Made by a program: the position numbers and the translations under genes
Part shown: piece after piece, positions 1 through 10,289 of the stretch
Numbering within the stretch: position 1 is the stretch's first letter
Layout of the letters: each line of letters begins with the position of its first letter
From: Candidatus Dormiibacterota bacterium
GTDB lineage: Bacteria > Acidobacteriota > Terriglobia > Acidiferrales > UBA7541
Length of the DNA: 64,000 bases
Direction: 5' to 3'
Assembly (NCBI GenBank): GCA_035577625.1
Contig: DATLVG010000139.1
Location: forward strand, 16,114-80,113
Notes under the pieces: model-generated
Database searches by the model: none
What the model saw: the letters and a program-made list of their open reading frames with translations, nothing else
What the model was told of the DNA's origin: nothing

Positions 1-1
1 C

Positions 2-322
2 GCATTCGCTTTAGTCGTCGAGGCTACCGGCTCACCCACCGGATTGCGCCTGGCGCAGGAAATGACAGAACCGCGCGGAACGCTAGTCTTGAAGTCTACG
101 TTCCACGGCGCAGCGCCCGTGGAAACGTGGCCAACCGTCGTAAAAGAGCTAAGTATCGTCGGCTCCCGCTGCGGCCCATTCGCAGCGGCGATCTCTCTCT
201 TACGTTCTGGAGAAGTAGAGCCGCGGCCTCTCATTACCAGGACTTTCTCGCTCGCCGACGCGCCGAAAGCAATTCAATTCGCGCAGGAACGCGGCGTGAT
301 GAAAGTTTTGCTCAGGCCCTGA
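2..322 (+). CDS. Zn-dependent alcohol dehydrogenase family protein, C-terminal part (5' truncated by window)
   Basis: Frame open from base 2: VVEATGS...GTLVLKSTF...IVGSRCGPF...KVLL, typical MDR-family C-terminus. Confidence 0.8.
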   Translation, partial: AFALVVEATGSPTGLRLAQEMTEPRGTLVLKSTFHGAAPVETWPTVVKELSIVGSRCGPFAAAISLLRSGEVEPRPLITRTFSLADAPKAIQFAQERGVMKVLLRP

Positions 323-334
323 GTTGGTAATCTT

Positions 335-1090
335 TTAAAGACGATTGATGCACGACGCGACACAAGCCGCTCCAAAACCGTTATCAATATTCACGACCGT
401 CACGTTCGAGGCACACGAGTTCAGCATTCCCAATAACGCCGCCACGCCACCAAAGCTCGCCCCGTAACCCACACTCGTCGGCACCGCAATCACCGGAACG
501 GCCACCAGTCCGCCAACAACGCTGGGCAGCGCTCCTTCCATGCCCGCAACACAAACAATCACGCGCGCACGCGTTAATTTGTCTTTGTGTTGCAGCAAAC
601 GGTGTATTCCGGCCACGCCGACGTCATAAAGATGTTCCGCGTTATTCCCCATAATCCGCGCCGTAAGTAATGCCTCTTCCGCAACGGGAATGTCGCTCGT
701 TCCGGCCGACACGACGACGATGGTTCCTTTTCCCATCTTCGCTCCGTTTCGTTCGATCGTAATCACGCCCGACAACGGATGGAATTTTGCGCCCTTTGAA
801 ATCCGTTTCACGGCCGCAAGAACCGTCGGATCGGCTCGCGTAATTAAAACATTATGACGTGAGTCTTTCTTCCTCAACATCGCTTTCACAATTTCAGCAA
901 CCTGGCCCGGCGTCTTTCCCTTTGCGAATACGACTTCGGCAAATCCCTGCCTTAGCGCGCGATGATGGTCCACCTTCGCAAAATCCAGGTCCTCAAACGG
1001 CAAATGCTTTAGGCGCCTCAGCGCCTCGTCCGGTGAAAGCTTCTTTCCTTTCACCAATTCCAGTATTTTCAAAAGTTCCTGGGATTCCAT
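335..1090 (-). CDS. larB: Nickel-pincer cofactor biosynthesis protein LarB (PurE-like)
   Basis: [65 protein letters not shown]. Confidence 0.92.
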   Translation of the reverse strand: MESQELLKILELVKGKKLSPDEALRRLKHLPFEDLDFAKVDHHRALRQGFAEVVFAKGKTPGQVAEIVKAMLRKKDSRHNVLITRADPTVLAAVKRISKGAKFHPLSGVITIERNGAKMGKGTIVVVSAGTSDIPVAEEALLTARIMGNNAEHLYDVGVAGIHRLLQHKDKLTRARVIVCVAGMEGALPSVVGGLVAVPVIAVPTSVGYGASFGGVAALLGMLNSCASNVTVVNIDNGFGAACVASCINRL

Positions 1091-1191
1091 AAGCTCTCTC
1101 GCCGTTGCAAATTCTATCATCCTCGCTATGCCGCGCCCTTCTTGACTTGCCTTTCTCCCGCTGCGAAACTGGATTTCTCCGCGTTACTGCT

Positions 1192-1830
1192 ATGAACGAG
1201 ACCAAGGGACAAATCGTAACTCTGGGTGTGACCGGCGCCAGCGGCGCGCTGCTCGCGCAAAAAACTTTGCATCTTCTGGCTGAAGACGCGCGGGTGGCAA
1301 AAATTCATCTTGTCGTGACGGAACCCGGCCAGCGCCTTTTCTCCGAAGAACTCGGAATCCCTAGCGGGGACCTCAAGCAACTCCCTGCGCGCTTGCTCGG
1401 AAAACCCGACTCGAAAGTCGAGGCTCTACCGAATAAAGACGTTGGCGCCTCCATTGCTTCCGGCAGCTATGAAGTTGACTCCATGTTGGTCATTCCCTGT
1501 TCGATGGGCTGCTTGTCCGCCGTCGCCAACGGTTCTTGCGACGACTTGGTCTCGCGCTCCGCAGACGTCATGCTTAAAGAGGGTCGCAAGCTCATCCTTT
1601 GCATTCGCGATACACCCTTCAACCGCATTCATCTTGAAAATATGATGCGGGCACAGGCTGCCGGCGCTGTCATCATGCCTGCGGTTCCTTCTTTCTATCA
1701 TCGGCCAAAAACAATCGACGATCTCGTAACGCAATACGTTTGCCGCGTGCTTGCGCAAATTGGCCTCCCTCAGGATCAGATGTATCGCTGGACCGGTTCG
1801 CATACCGAAGCGAAGAAAGCGGAGGCCTGA
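1192..1830 (+). CDS. ubiX: UbiX family flavin prenyltransferase
   Basis: GVTGASGA, IASGS, IPCSM, RSADVMLKEGRKL, IHLENM, PSFYHRP. Confidence 0.92.
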   Translation: MNETKGQIVTLGVTGASGALLAQKTLHLLAEDARVAKIHLVVTEPGQRLFSEELGIPSGDLKQLPARLLGKPDSKVEALPNKDVGASIASGSYEVDSMLVIPCSMGCLSAVANGSCDDLVSRSADVMLKEGRKLILCIRDTPFNRIHLENMMRAQAAGAVIMPAVPSFYHRPKTIDDLVTQYVCRVLAQIGLPQDQMYRWTGSHTEAKKAEA

Positions 1831-1837
1831 ACCAGCC

Positions 1838-2710
1838 ATGGCCGGACGCATCCGCACTGTTCTCGAAATGATCAAGTTCGAGCACTCTGTTTTTGCGCTG
1901 CCCTTCGCGCTAACGGGAGCCCTGCTCGCCGCTCGTTTCACGTCGCATGGCTGGCCTTCGTGGCGGCAAATTCTTTGGATCGTCGTGGCGATGGTCTCCG
2001 CTCGCTCCGCCGCTATGACCATCAACCGTATCGCCGACCTTCGCTACGACAAGGAGAATCCGCGCACCAAAATGCGTGCCCTGGCCACCGGCACGTTGAG
2101 CATGGGTTTCGCCTGGGTTTTCACCTTCGTCGCCGTCGCCCTCTTCGTCATCGCCGCCTGGCAATTGAATCCTCTCGCCCTGAAGCTTTCTCCTGTCGCG
2201 CTCGCAATTCTTTTCTTCTACTCCTTCACCAAGCGCTTTACTAACTTCTCCCACCTCTTCCTGGGTTTCGCGCTAGGCGTCTCGCCTGCCGCCGCGTGGA
2301 TCGCTGTCACCGGACACCTCGACATTCGCATGATCATTCTTTGTGCCGCCGTCACGCTCTGGGTCGCGGGTTTTGACGTGCTCTACGCTTGCCAGGACGT
2401 TGCCTTCGACCAATCTGCCGGGTTGTTTTCGATCCCAAAACGCTTCGGCATCGCCACGTCTCTTTGGATCGCTCGCGTGATGCATGTCGGCGTCATTGCT
2501 CTGCTTGTCTGGCTCGCTGCCAGTTTCGCGCTTCCCTGGCCCGCTTGGATAGGAATCGCCGTCGTCGCCGCGCTGCTGGCGTACGAACACTCTCTCGTCA
2601 AGGCGCACGATTTGAGCAAGCTGGACGCTGCGTTTTTCACCCTGAACGGTTATATTAGTATTTCGTTCTTTTTGTTCTGGGGCGCCGCAACCGCGCTCTG
2701 GCGCGTGTGA
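1838..2710 (+). CDS. ubiA: UbiA-like polyprenyltransferase (MqnP type)
   Basis: MIKFEHSVFALPFA, NRIADLRYDKENPRT, GFDVLYACQD; multiple TM segments; lies between ubiX and mqnE. Confidence 0.88.
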   Translation: MAGRIRTVLEMIKFEHSVFALPFALTGALLAARFTSHGWPSWRQILWIVVAMVSARSAAMTINRIADLRYDKENPRTKMRALATGTLSMGFAWVFTFVAVALFVIAAWQLNPLALKLSPVALAILFFYSFTKRFTNFSHLFLGFALGVSPAAAWIAVTGHLDIRMIILCAAVTLWVAGFDVLYACQDVAFDQSAGLFSIPKRFGIATSLWIARVMHVGVIALLVWLAASFALPWPAWIGIAVVAALLAYEHSLVKAHDLSKLDAAFFTLNGYISISFFLFWGAATALWRV

Positions 2711-2738
2711 AAGACGCGAACTTCTCGACGGATTTGTA

Positions 2739-3896
2739 ATGAGTGAACTGACTCTAAGCGACCAACGACTAAAGCCAATCGCGGACAAAGTCCGAGCGGG
2801 CGAACGCCTTTCCTTCGACGAAGGCGTCCAACTGTATCGCTCGCCCGATCTTCTCGCCGTCGGTTGGCTCGCCAATTACGTCCGGGAACGAAAACACGGC
2901 AACGTCACCTATTACAACGTCAATCGCCATATCAATCCGACCAACGTCTGCGTCGCCCACTGCAAACTCTGCGCCTTCGGCCGCGATCCCGACTCGCCCG
3001 GCGCCTACACTTACGCTCTCGACGAAATCTATCAGCGCGCCGACCAGGGCGTCCGGGAAGGCGCGACTGAATTTCACATCGTCGGCGGCCTGCATCCCGA
3101 CCTGCCCTTCGAATATTTTCTCGGACTCATCAGCGGGCTAAAAAAGCGCCACCCGCACGTGCACCTCAAAGCCTTCACGATGGTCGAAGTCCACTACTTC
3201 GCGCGAATCGCCAAGTTGAGCATCGAAGAAACGCTGCAAAAAATGAAAACTGCGGGCGTCGACTCCTGCCCCGGCGGTGGTGCGGAAATCTTCCATCCCC
3301 GCGTGCGCCGAATCATTTGCGACCATAAAGTCAGCGGAAATATGTGGCTGACGCTCGCCCGCAAGACTCACGAGGCTGGTCTCCATTCCAACGCCACAAT
3401 GCTCTATGGCCACGTCGAGACGGAAGAAGAGCGCGTGGACCATCTCGTCAAGCTGCGCGAGCTTCAGGACGTCACGCGCGGCTTCGTCGCCTTTATCCCT
3501 CTCGCGTTTCATCCGGACAACACGGCGCTCTCGCATATTCCCAAACCCACCGGTTACGACGACCTCCGCAATATCGCCGTCTCACGCCTGCTGCTCGATA
3601 ACTTCGAACACATCAAGGCGTACTGGATCATGCTTACGCCCAGCATCGCGCAAATCGCGCTTCGCTTCGGCGCAAACGATCTCGACGGAACAGTTGTCGA
3701 AGAAAAGATTTATCACGACGCTGGCGCGAAAACTTCCGAATTCACGCCCCGCAACGAGCTGGAGCGCCTCATCCGCGCTGCTGGCCGCGTCCCCGTCGAA
3801 CGCGACACGCTCTACAACAAAATTGATCGCTCTAAACTCCCACCACTTCCGGCAGCTACACCACCGGGACTCGTCTCTCTCTCGCTCAACCTTTAG
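2739..3896 (+). CDS. mqnE: Aminofutalosine synthase MqnE (CofH-like radical SAM)
   Basis: NPTNVCVAHCKLCAF (CxxxCxxC), HIVGGLHP, PGGGAEIF, HIKAYWIM, EEKIYHDAGA. Confidence 0.88.
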   Translation: MSELTLSDQRLKPIADKVRAGERLSFDEGVQLYRSPDLLAVGWLANYVRERKHGNVTYYNVNRHINPTNVCVAHCKLCAFGRDPDSPGAYTYALDEIYQRADQGVREGATEFHIVGGLHPDLPFEYFLGLISGLKKRHPHVHLKAFTMVEVHYFARIAKLSIEETLQKMKTAGVDSCPGGGAEIFHPRVRRIICDHKVSGNMWLTLARKTHEAGLHSNATMLYGHVETEEERVDHLVKLRELQDVTRGFVAFIPLAFHPDNTALSHIPKPTGYDDLRNIAVSRLLLDNFEHIKAYWIMLTPSIAQIALRFGANDLDGTVVEEKIYHDAGAKTSEFTPRNELERLIRAAGRVPVERDTLYNKIDRSKLPPLPAATPPGLVSLSLNL

Positions 3897-4000
3897 CGAA
3901 TCTTGCAGACCATACGCCTCAATCCATCGCGGTCAGGCTCGGACGGAACCCATTTTCATCTTCTCGCGTCAAACTTTCGACTCACAGGAGTGAATGCCTC

Positions 4001-4330
4001 GTGCGCACGATCCTTCTTTTGACCATTTCCAACATTTTCATGACCTTTGCCTGGTACGGCCACCTAAAATACCGCGGTGAAGCGCTCTCGAAAGTGATTC
4101 TCGCCAGTTGGGGCATCGCTTTCTTCGAATACTGTTTTCAAGTGCCGGCGAATCGCATCGGTTCCTATGAATTTAACGCCGCCCAGCTCAAGACCATCCA
4201 GGAAGTCATCACCCTCGCCGTCTTCGCCGTCTTTTCCATTACCTATCTCGGCGAGAAACTTCGCTGGAATTACGCCGCGGGTTTTGCCTGCATCTGCCTC
4301 GCCGTCTTTTTCGTCTTTCACAGATGGTAG
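4001..4330 (+). CDS. Small DMT-superfamily membrane protein
   Basis: SNIFMTFAWYGHLK, SWGIAFFEYCFQVPANRIG, QLKTIQEVITL. Confidence 0.85.
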   Translation: MRTILLLTISNIFMTFAWYGHLKYRGEALSKVILASWGIAFFEYCFQVPANRIGSYEFNAAQLKTIQEVITLAVFAVFSITYLGEKLRWNYAAGFACICLAVFFVFHRW

Positions 4331-4422
4331 GGAGTTCACTAAGATTTGATGTATCCATTCGAATCGCGCGCGAATCGAATCGACAGACAAATCACAGGCT
4401 ATTTTCAAAAAGGAGATCTCTT

Positions 4423-4848
4423 ATGCAGCGCAAAGCTTCCGCAGTTTGGTCAGGCGACCTGAAATCCGGTAAAGGTTCCATCTCTACTGACAGTGGCGTA
4501 CTCAAGCAAACGCAATATTCGTTTAGCACTCGTTTCGAAAATGGCGTCGGCACCAACCCTGAAGAACTCCTCGCAGCTGCCCACGCCGGTTGTTTCACCA
4601 TGGCGCTTTCCGCTCAGCTCGGCGCCGCTGGCCTGACCGCTACCAAACTCGAAACCACCGCCACCATCTCGCTCGAAAAAGTCGGCGACGGCTTTTCCGT
4701 CACGAAAAGCCACCTTGACCTCGTCGCCAAGATTCCCGGCGCGGACAAAGCGAAGTTTGACACTGCGGTGAAAAACGCCGAAACCGGCTGCCCTGTCTCG
4801 AAACTCTTCAAAGCGGAAATCTCCGTTTCCGCCAGGCTTGAATCCTGA
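4423..4848 (+). CDS. osmC: OsmC family peroxiredoxin
   Basis: [20 protein letters not shown] and CPVSK; SD AGGAG upstream. Confidence 0.92.
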   Translation: MQRKASAVWSGDLKSGKGSISTDSGVLKQTQYSFSTRFENGVGTNPEELLAAAHAGCFTMALSAQLGAAGLTATKLETTATISLEKVGDGFSVTKSHLDLVAKIPGADKAKFDTAVKNAETGCPVSKLFKAEISVSARLES

Positions 4849-4890
4849 GCGCCGTTTCTCCGCCTCCAGCATAGCGAGTACAATGCGCAC

Positions 4891-6039
4891 ATGATTCCCG
4901 TTCCGGGTGCCTTCGCGGCCGGCTTGGCCATCTTTCTTATCGTGATTTGGGACGCGTTCGAAGCGATCATCCTGCCTCGCCGCGTCACTCGCAAATTCCG
5001 ACTCACTCGGGTTTTTTTCAAAACCACCTGGGGCGTCTGGCGCACCATCATCTGCCTCGTTACCGCGCGCAAAACGCGCGAAGCGCTCCTCGGCTTCTAC
5101 GGCCCGCTCTCGCTTTTGCTCCTCGTGGCCGTTTGGGCCATCGGGCTCGTGTTCGGCTTCGGTCTCATGCAATACGGCGCCGGCTCTGCCGTAAACATCG
5201 CTGGCGGACATCCCAGCTTCGCCACCGACATCTATCTCAGCGGCACCACTTTCTTCACGCTAGGTCTTGGCGACGTTATCCCACGTACTAACCTTGCTCG
5301 CGCCCTCGTCGTCAGCGAAGCCGGTTTCGGTTTTGGCTTCCTCGCTGCCGTCATCGGCTATCTCCCGTTTATCTACGGTTCTTTCTCTAAACGTGAAGTC
5401 GATATCTCTCTCCTCGATTCCCGCGCAGGCACACCGCCCACCGCCGGCGAACTCCTGCGCCGCCACAGCTACAAAAATGGCCAGGACGCTCTGCACAACT
5501 TATTGCAAGACTGGGAACGCTGGTCCGCCGAGCTGATGGAAAGTCATCTCTCCTACCCAGTCCTCGCTTATTTCCGTTCGCAACACGACAATCAATCCTG
5601 GATCGCCTCCCTCACGGCGATTCTCGATACCTGCGCCCTCGTCCTTGTCGGCATCGAAGGCGCCTGTGAGCGCCAGGCCGAGCTCACCTTTGCCATCGCT
5701 CGCCACGCCGTCGTTGATCTCTCCCAAGTTTTTGGCACGCCGCCATGCGCGCTTCCGCAGGACCGCCTCCCCGCCGCCGATCTTCGCCGTATCCGCGACA
5801 CTCTAGCGCAGCACGGATTGAAGCTGCTCGACGGAGACGAAGCTGACCGCCGCCTTACCGAACTTCGCGGCATGTATGAACCTTACATTTTCGCACTCGC
5901 GAGTTACCTGATGCAGCCTCTGCCGCCGTGGATTCCCCAGGCAAAAGGAAAGAAAGACAATTGGCAAACAACAGCGTGGGGCCAGGCCTCGGGCGTGGTC
6001 GAAACAAAACACGCGATCGCCGGCGACGACCACTTTTGA
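4891..6039 (+). CDS. Potassium channel family protein
   Basis: Pore motif YLSGTTFFTLGLGD flanked by TM helices; cytoplasmic ESHLSYPVLAYFRS domain. Confidence 0.75.
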   Translation: MIPVPGAFAAGLAIFLIVIWDAFEAIILPRRVTRKFRLTRVFFKTTWGVWRTIICLVTARKTREALLGFYGPLSLLLLVAVWAIGLVFGFGLMQYGAGSAVNIAGGHPSFATDIYLSGTTFFTLGLGDVIPRTNLARALVVSEAGFGFGFLAAVIGYLPFIYGSFSKREVDISLLDSRAGTPPTAGELLRRHSYKNGQDALHNLLQDWERWSAELMESHLSYPVLAYFRSQHDNQSWIASLTAILDTCALVLVGIEGACERQAELTFAIARHAVVDLSQVFGTPPCALPQDRLPAADLRRIRDTLAQHGLKLLDGDEADRRLTELRGMYEPYIFALASYLMQPLPPWIPQAKGKKDNWQTTAWGQASGVVETKHAIAGDDHF

Positions 6040-6092
6040 TTTTCAGCCGATTCTAGAAAATAATTGTCCCACCGATTCTAAGGAGAACTGCA

Positions 6093-7055
6093 ATGAAGGC
6101 AATTCGCGTCCACGAATTCGGCGGTCCAGAGCAACTGAAACTCGACGAAATTCCAACGCCCAAACCCGCCGCCGGACAGGTTCTCGTCCGCGTTCACGCC
6201 GCCGGCGTCAATCCCTATGACACTTACATGCGCGCCGGCACTTATCCTGTTAAGCCATCACTGCCATATACGCCGGGATCGGACGCTGCTGGCGTCATCG
6301 AATCCGTCGGCGAAGGCGTGAAAAAAGTGAAACCAGGCGATCGCGTCTACACGGCAAAAACCATTACCGGCGCCTACGCCGAATACGCCCTCGCTCTCGA
6401 ATCGCAAGTTCATCCGCTTCCTGCAAATCTAAGCTTCGCGCAAGGCTCGGGAATCTATGTCCCCTACGGCACCGCCTACTTCGCGTTGCACAATTCGGCG
6501 GAAGCTCGCGCATCTGAAACGGTTTTGATCCATGGCGCAAGCGGCGGCGTCGGCACCGCCGCAATCCAACTCGCCCGTTCTATGGGCCTTACAGTTCTTG
6601 GCACCGCTGGCACCGCAAAAGGCCTCGATCTCGTGCGCAAGGAAGGCGCCCATCAGGCCTTCAATCACACAAACGCCAGTTGCACCGAAGAAATCATGAA
6701 AGAGACCGGCGGCCGTGGCGTAGATATCGTTCTCGAAATGCTCGCCAACGTGAATCTCTCCGCCGACATGAAAATGCTCGCACCCAACGGCCGTGTCATC
6801 GTCATCGGCAATCGCGGCGAAATCACCATCAACGCTCGCGACATCATGGTCAAGCGGGGCTCTATCCGCGCATTCACTCTTTGGGTCGTCACCGATTCCG
6901 AAGCGGCAGACATTTTTGCCGGCCTCAACGCAGGCTTCGAGAACGGTACGCTCCGCCCCGTCGTCGGCAAAGAACTTCCGTTAAAGGACGCCGCGCAAGC
7001 CCACGTCGACATCCTCGCCCCAGGAGCCCACGGCAAGATCGCTCTCATTGCCTAG
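6093..7055 (+). CDS. NADPH:quinone reductase (zeta-crystallin family)
   Basis: AAGVNPYD, PYTPGSDAAG, HGASGGVG. Confidence 0.9.
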   Translation: MKAIRVHEFGGPEQLKLDEIPTPKPAAGQVLVRVHAAGVNPYDTYMRAGTYPVKPSLPYTPGSDAAGVIESVGEGVKKVKPGDRVYTAKTITGAYAEYALALESQVHPLPANLSFAQGSGIYVPYGTAYFALHNSAEARASETVLIHGASGGVGTAAIQLARSMGLTVLGTAGTAKGLDLVRKEGAHQAFNHTNASCTEEIMKETGGRGVDIVLEMLANVNLSADMKMLAPNGRVIVIGNRGEITINARDIMVKRGSIRAFTLWVVTDSEAADIFAGLNAGFENGTLRPVVGKELPLKDAAQAHVDILAPGAHGKIALIA

Positions 7056-7219
7056 CGATTTGGCTTATACAGGTTCATGGCTTAGGTTTGTGTAGGTGAG
7101 GGGCTTTCAGTCCAGTTGAGCTTGGCAAAATCGCCCAACACCCACGCACGACGTGTCGTCTTCTGAACGTTTTGCACGTGGTCTTACTAACATCCGCCGT
7201 GGCACTCGTTCTCCCGCCC

Positions 7220-8383
7220 TCATCCCAAATGCAACAACCGCATCCCCATCCCCACCAACCCGCCACCCAAAACCACCCACGCCGAATTCACCTGAAATCT
7301 CATCACTAAAACCACCGCAACCACGGCCATTACAATCGGGGTCGCACCCAACATCGTCTCCCGCGCAAACTGCCATCCCACAAACGCCATCAACGCCACC
7401 GCCGCTGCATTCACTCCATCCAGGAAAGCGCCTGCCATCGGCGAATTCCGCAGTTTCGACAAATATTTCGCCGTCACCGCCACAAAAACAAACGCGGGCA
7501 AAAACATCCCGACGGTCGCCAGTACCGCGCCTTTCCACCCTGCAATCACATACCCCACAAACGTCGCCACCGTAAAAAATGGCCCGGGAGTTCCCTGGCT
7601 CACCGCGATCGCATCCAAAAGCTGGTTCTCCGTCAGCCAATGCAAATGCTCCACTAAATCGGCGCGTAACACCGCCAACAATACGTATCCGCTCCCAAAC
7701 AAAATCGCGCCCACTTTCAAAAAATAAAGAAACACGCCAACCATGCCCGGCAGCGAAATGCTGGCTGCCGCCGCGCCGCTTTGCGCAAAAGCTGCACCAG
7801 CGGTTTTTCCACCCCCTTGCTTCCCTGTAAACCGCTCCGCCACCACCCACGCCACTCCCGTTCCAATCAACAGCGCCACCGCCGAAACATGGGTCGCTGC
7901 CAGCCCAAGCACTACCAACGCTAGAAGCGCAAGCTCCTTCGACTTCACCGCCACGCGCCCCAACGACCATACCGCCTGCACAATCAATGCAACCACCACC
8001 GGCTTCACGCCATACAACAACGCGCCAATCTGCGGCGCGCTCCCATATTTTTGGTATACCAACGCGAGGACTCCGACCAACACCGCCGAAGGCAGAATGA
8101 ACGAACATCCTGCAATCAACAGTCCCGCCAGCCCCCCGCGCAATTCGCCCAAATAAATCACCAGTTCTGTCGAACTCGGCCCAGGCAACAAACTCACAGC
8201 TCCCACGCGATCCACAAAATCTTCCCGCGTCAGCCACTTCCTTCGCTGCACAAACTCCTGCTCCATCATCGCGATGTGCGCCGCCGCTCCGCCAAATCCC
8301 GTGAAGCCCAGCCGCAAGAACGCCGCTGCGATTTCTTTCAATCGCTCCCTTTTCTCAGCGTTTGTAGGAATTTGTTCCGCCAT
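7220..8383 (-). CDS. chrA: Chromate efflux transporter (CHR family)
   Basis: GFGGAAAHIAMM, LPGPSSTE, FGSGYVL, QGTPGP; two homologous halves; start may be 8407. Confidence 0.9.
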   Translation of the reverse strand: MAEQIPTNAEKRERLKEIAAAFLRLGFTGFGGAAAHIAMMEQEFVQRRKWLTREDFVDRVGAVSLLPGPSSTELVIYLGELRGGLAGLLIAGCSFILPSAVLVGVLALVYQKYGSAPQIGALLYGVKPVVVALIVQAVWSLGRVAVKSKELALLALVVLGLAATHVSAVALLIGTGVAWVVAERFTGKQGGGKTAGAAFAQSGAAAASISLPGMVGVFLYFLKVGAILFGSGYVLLAVLRADLVEHLHWLTENQLLDAIAVSQGTPGPFFTVATFVGYVIAGWKGAVLATVGMFLPAFVFVAVTAKYLSKLRNSPMAGAFLDGVNAAAVALMAFVGWQFARETMLGATPIVMAVVAVVLVMRFQVNSAWVVLGGGLVGMGMRLLHLG

Positions 8384-8625
8384 TTGCGCTGCGGAATTAT
8401 GCATCAATTGCGCACGCGAAACCCGAACGCTTCATACTTCATCGGTCAACATTTCGTCATCAGGGGTAGTGGGTCAGTTTGAATTTTCTTAATCGTGACT
8501 CAACGGGGCTCGGGGTTTGTAATTACAAACCCCGAATGGACAAAGCAAAAATTCAAACCGATCCACTACCTCACAAGGTCCGCGTTTTGTAGCCGACCGC
8601 TCTCGCCTTATAATCAGAGTTCCCT

Positions 8626-10266
8626 GTGGCGCCAATGGTCTTGCTCAATACTCTTCTCTTTCTTTCCCAAAGCGGCGTAAGCCGCTATTGGCACAAGCTC
8701 ACCGATCGTACTTTCACAGGTGTTTATCGCGCCAACGCCTTCGACCTCGCGATGATGATCCCCTATTTCATTATCCTAGTTATCCTCGCCGGATACGGTC
8801 TCCATCGTTATTGGCTCGTCTACGACTACTACAAATATCGGAAAAACGTTCCCGGTCCGCCGCCGGACGTAAAAGAATGGCCACGCGTGACCATCCAGCT
8901 CCCCATCTTCAACGAACGCTACGTCATCGAGCGTCTCGTCGAAGCCGTATCGCGTTTCGATTATCCACGTGAACTCCTCGACGTTCAGGTCCTCGACGAT
9001 TCCACCGACGAAACCTGCGAAGTCGCCAAAGCCTGCGTCGACCGTCACGCCGCCGCGGGCATACCAATCTCTTACATTCACCGCACTAATCGCGAAGGCT
9101 ACAAAGCCGGCGCCCTTGAGAATGGCCTAAAGACTTCGCTCGGCGAATTCGTCGCAATATTCGATGCCGACTTCATCCCCGAGCCCGATTTCCTCCGCCG
9201 CACCATTCCCTATTTCCTCAACGGCGAAGCTGGAAAAAGCATCGGCATGGTCCAGACCCGCTGGACCTATCTCAATCGCGACTACTCTCTCCTCACCCAA
9301 GTCGAAACAATTCTGCTCGACGGCCACTTCGTCGTCGAACACGGCGCTCGTTCCCGCCGCGGCACTTTCTTTAATTTCAATGGCACCGCCGGAGTCTGGC
9401 GCCGCGCCGCCATCGACGCTGCCGGCGGATGGGAGCACGATACACTCACTGAAGACACCGACCTTTCCTATCGCGCCCAACTCAAAGGATGGAAATTTCT
9501 CTATCTCCCCGACGTCGAGTGCGCCTCCGAACTACCCGTTGATATGAATGGCTTCAAGGCCCAACAAGCGCGCTGGGCCAAAGGTCTCATGCAAACGGCC
9601 AAAAAAATTCTGCCTAAAGTTTTCAAGTCCGACGCGCCCTGGCATGTCAAAGCCGAAGCCTTCTTCCATCTGACCGCCAACATCAGCTATCCGCTCATGG
9701 TCGTATTTTCCGTCACTCTTCTGCCCGTCATGATCGTCCGTTTCTACCAGGGCTGGTTCCAGATGCTCGTCATCGACCTCCCGCTCTTTCTCGCTTCCAC
9801 TTGTTCCATCTCCAGCTTTTATCTCGTCGCACAAAAAGAGATCCACCCCAAAACCTGGTGGCGCACTTTCTTCTATATGCCGTTCGTCATGGCCGTTGGC
9901 ATCGGCATCTCTATCCGCAACGCCCAGGCAGTCATCGAAGCCATTATCGGCAAGAAATCCGAATTTGCGCGCACACCTAAATTCAAAATCGAAGGCAAGA
10001 AAGATACTTTCGTCGCAAAAAAATACAGAAACAAAGCCGGCTGGATGCCATTCGCGGAAGTTTTTCTCGGAATCTACTTCGCCGCCACCGTCGCCTACGC
10101 CATCACCAACGAAAACTACGCCACCATCCCATTTCTCTTACTCTTCGTTTGGGGCTATCTCTACACCGGCTGCATGTCTCTCGGCCAAACCTACTTCGCC
10201 CATCTCCGCTTCGGCGTCAATGCCCCCGAAATGCGCCCAGCCGCCTCCGGCGCCCCGGGCTTCTAA
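8626..10266 (+). CDS. Processive GT2 glycosyltransferase (cellulose synthase-like, CslA-like)
   Basis: QLPIFNE, DDSTD, KAGAL, FDADF, TEDTDL, QQARWAKG (D,D,D,QxxRW); C-terminal TMs. Confidence 0.88.
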   Translation: MAPMVLLNTLLFLSQSGVSRYWHKLTDRTFTGVYRANAFDLAMMIPYFIILVILAGYGLHRYWLVYDYYKYRKNVPGPPPDVKEWPRVTIQLPIFNERYVIERLVEAVSRFDYPRELLDVQVLDDSTDETCEVAKACVDRHAAAGIPISYIHRTNREGYKAGALENGLKTSLGEFVAIFDADFIPEPDFLRRTIPYFLNGEAGKSIGMVQTRWTYLNRDYSLLTQVETILLDGHFVVEHGARSRRGTFFNFNGTAGVWRRAAIDAAGGWEHDTLTEDTDLSYRAQLKGWKFLYLPDVECASELPVDMNGFKAQQARWAKGLMQTAKKILPKVFKSDAPWHVKAEAFFHLTANISYPLMVVFSVTLLPVMIVRFYQGWFQMLVIDLPLFLASTCSISSFYLVAQKEIHPKTWWRTFFYMPFVMAVGIGISIRNAQAVIEAIIGKKSEFARTPKFKIEGKKDTFVAKKYRNKAGWMPFAEVFLGIYFAATVAYAITNENYATIPFLLLFVWGYLYTGCMSLGQTYFAHLRFGVNAPEMRPAASGAPGF

Positions 10267-10289
10267 TTCAATGAGTCCGCATAAAGCGG

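Noticed and set aside
1192-3896. ubiX-ubiA-radical SAM cluster as a novel pathway
   Set aside because: Explained by the known futalosine menaquinone pathway
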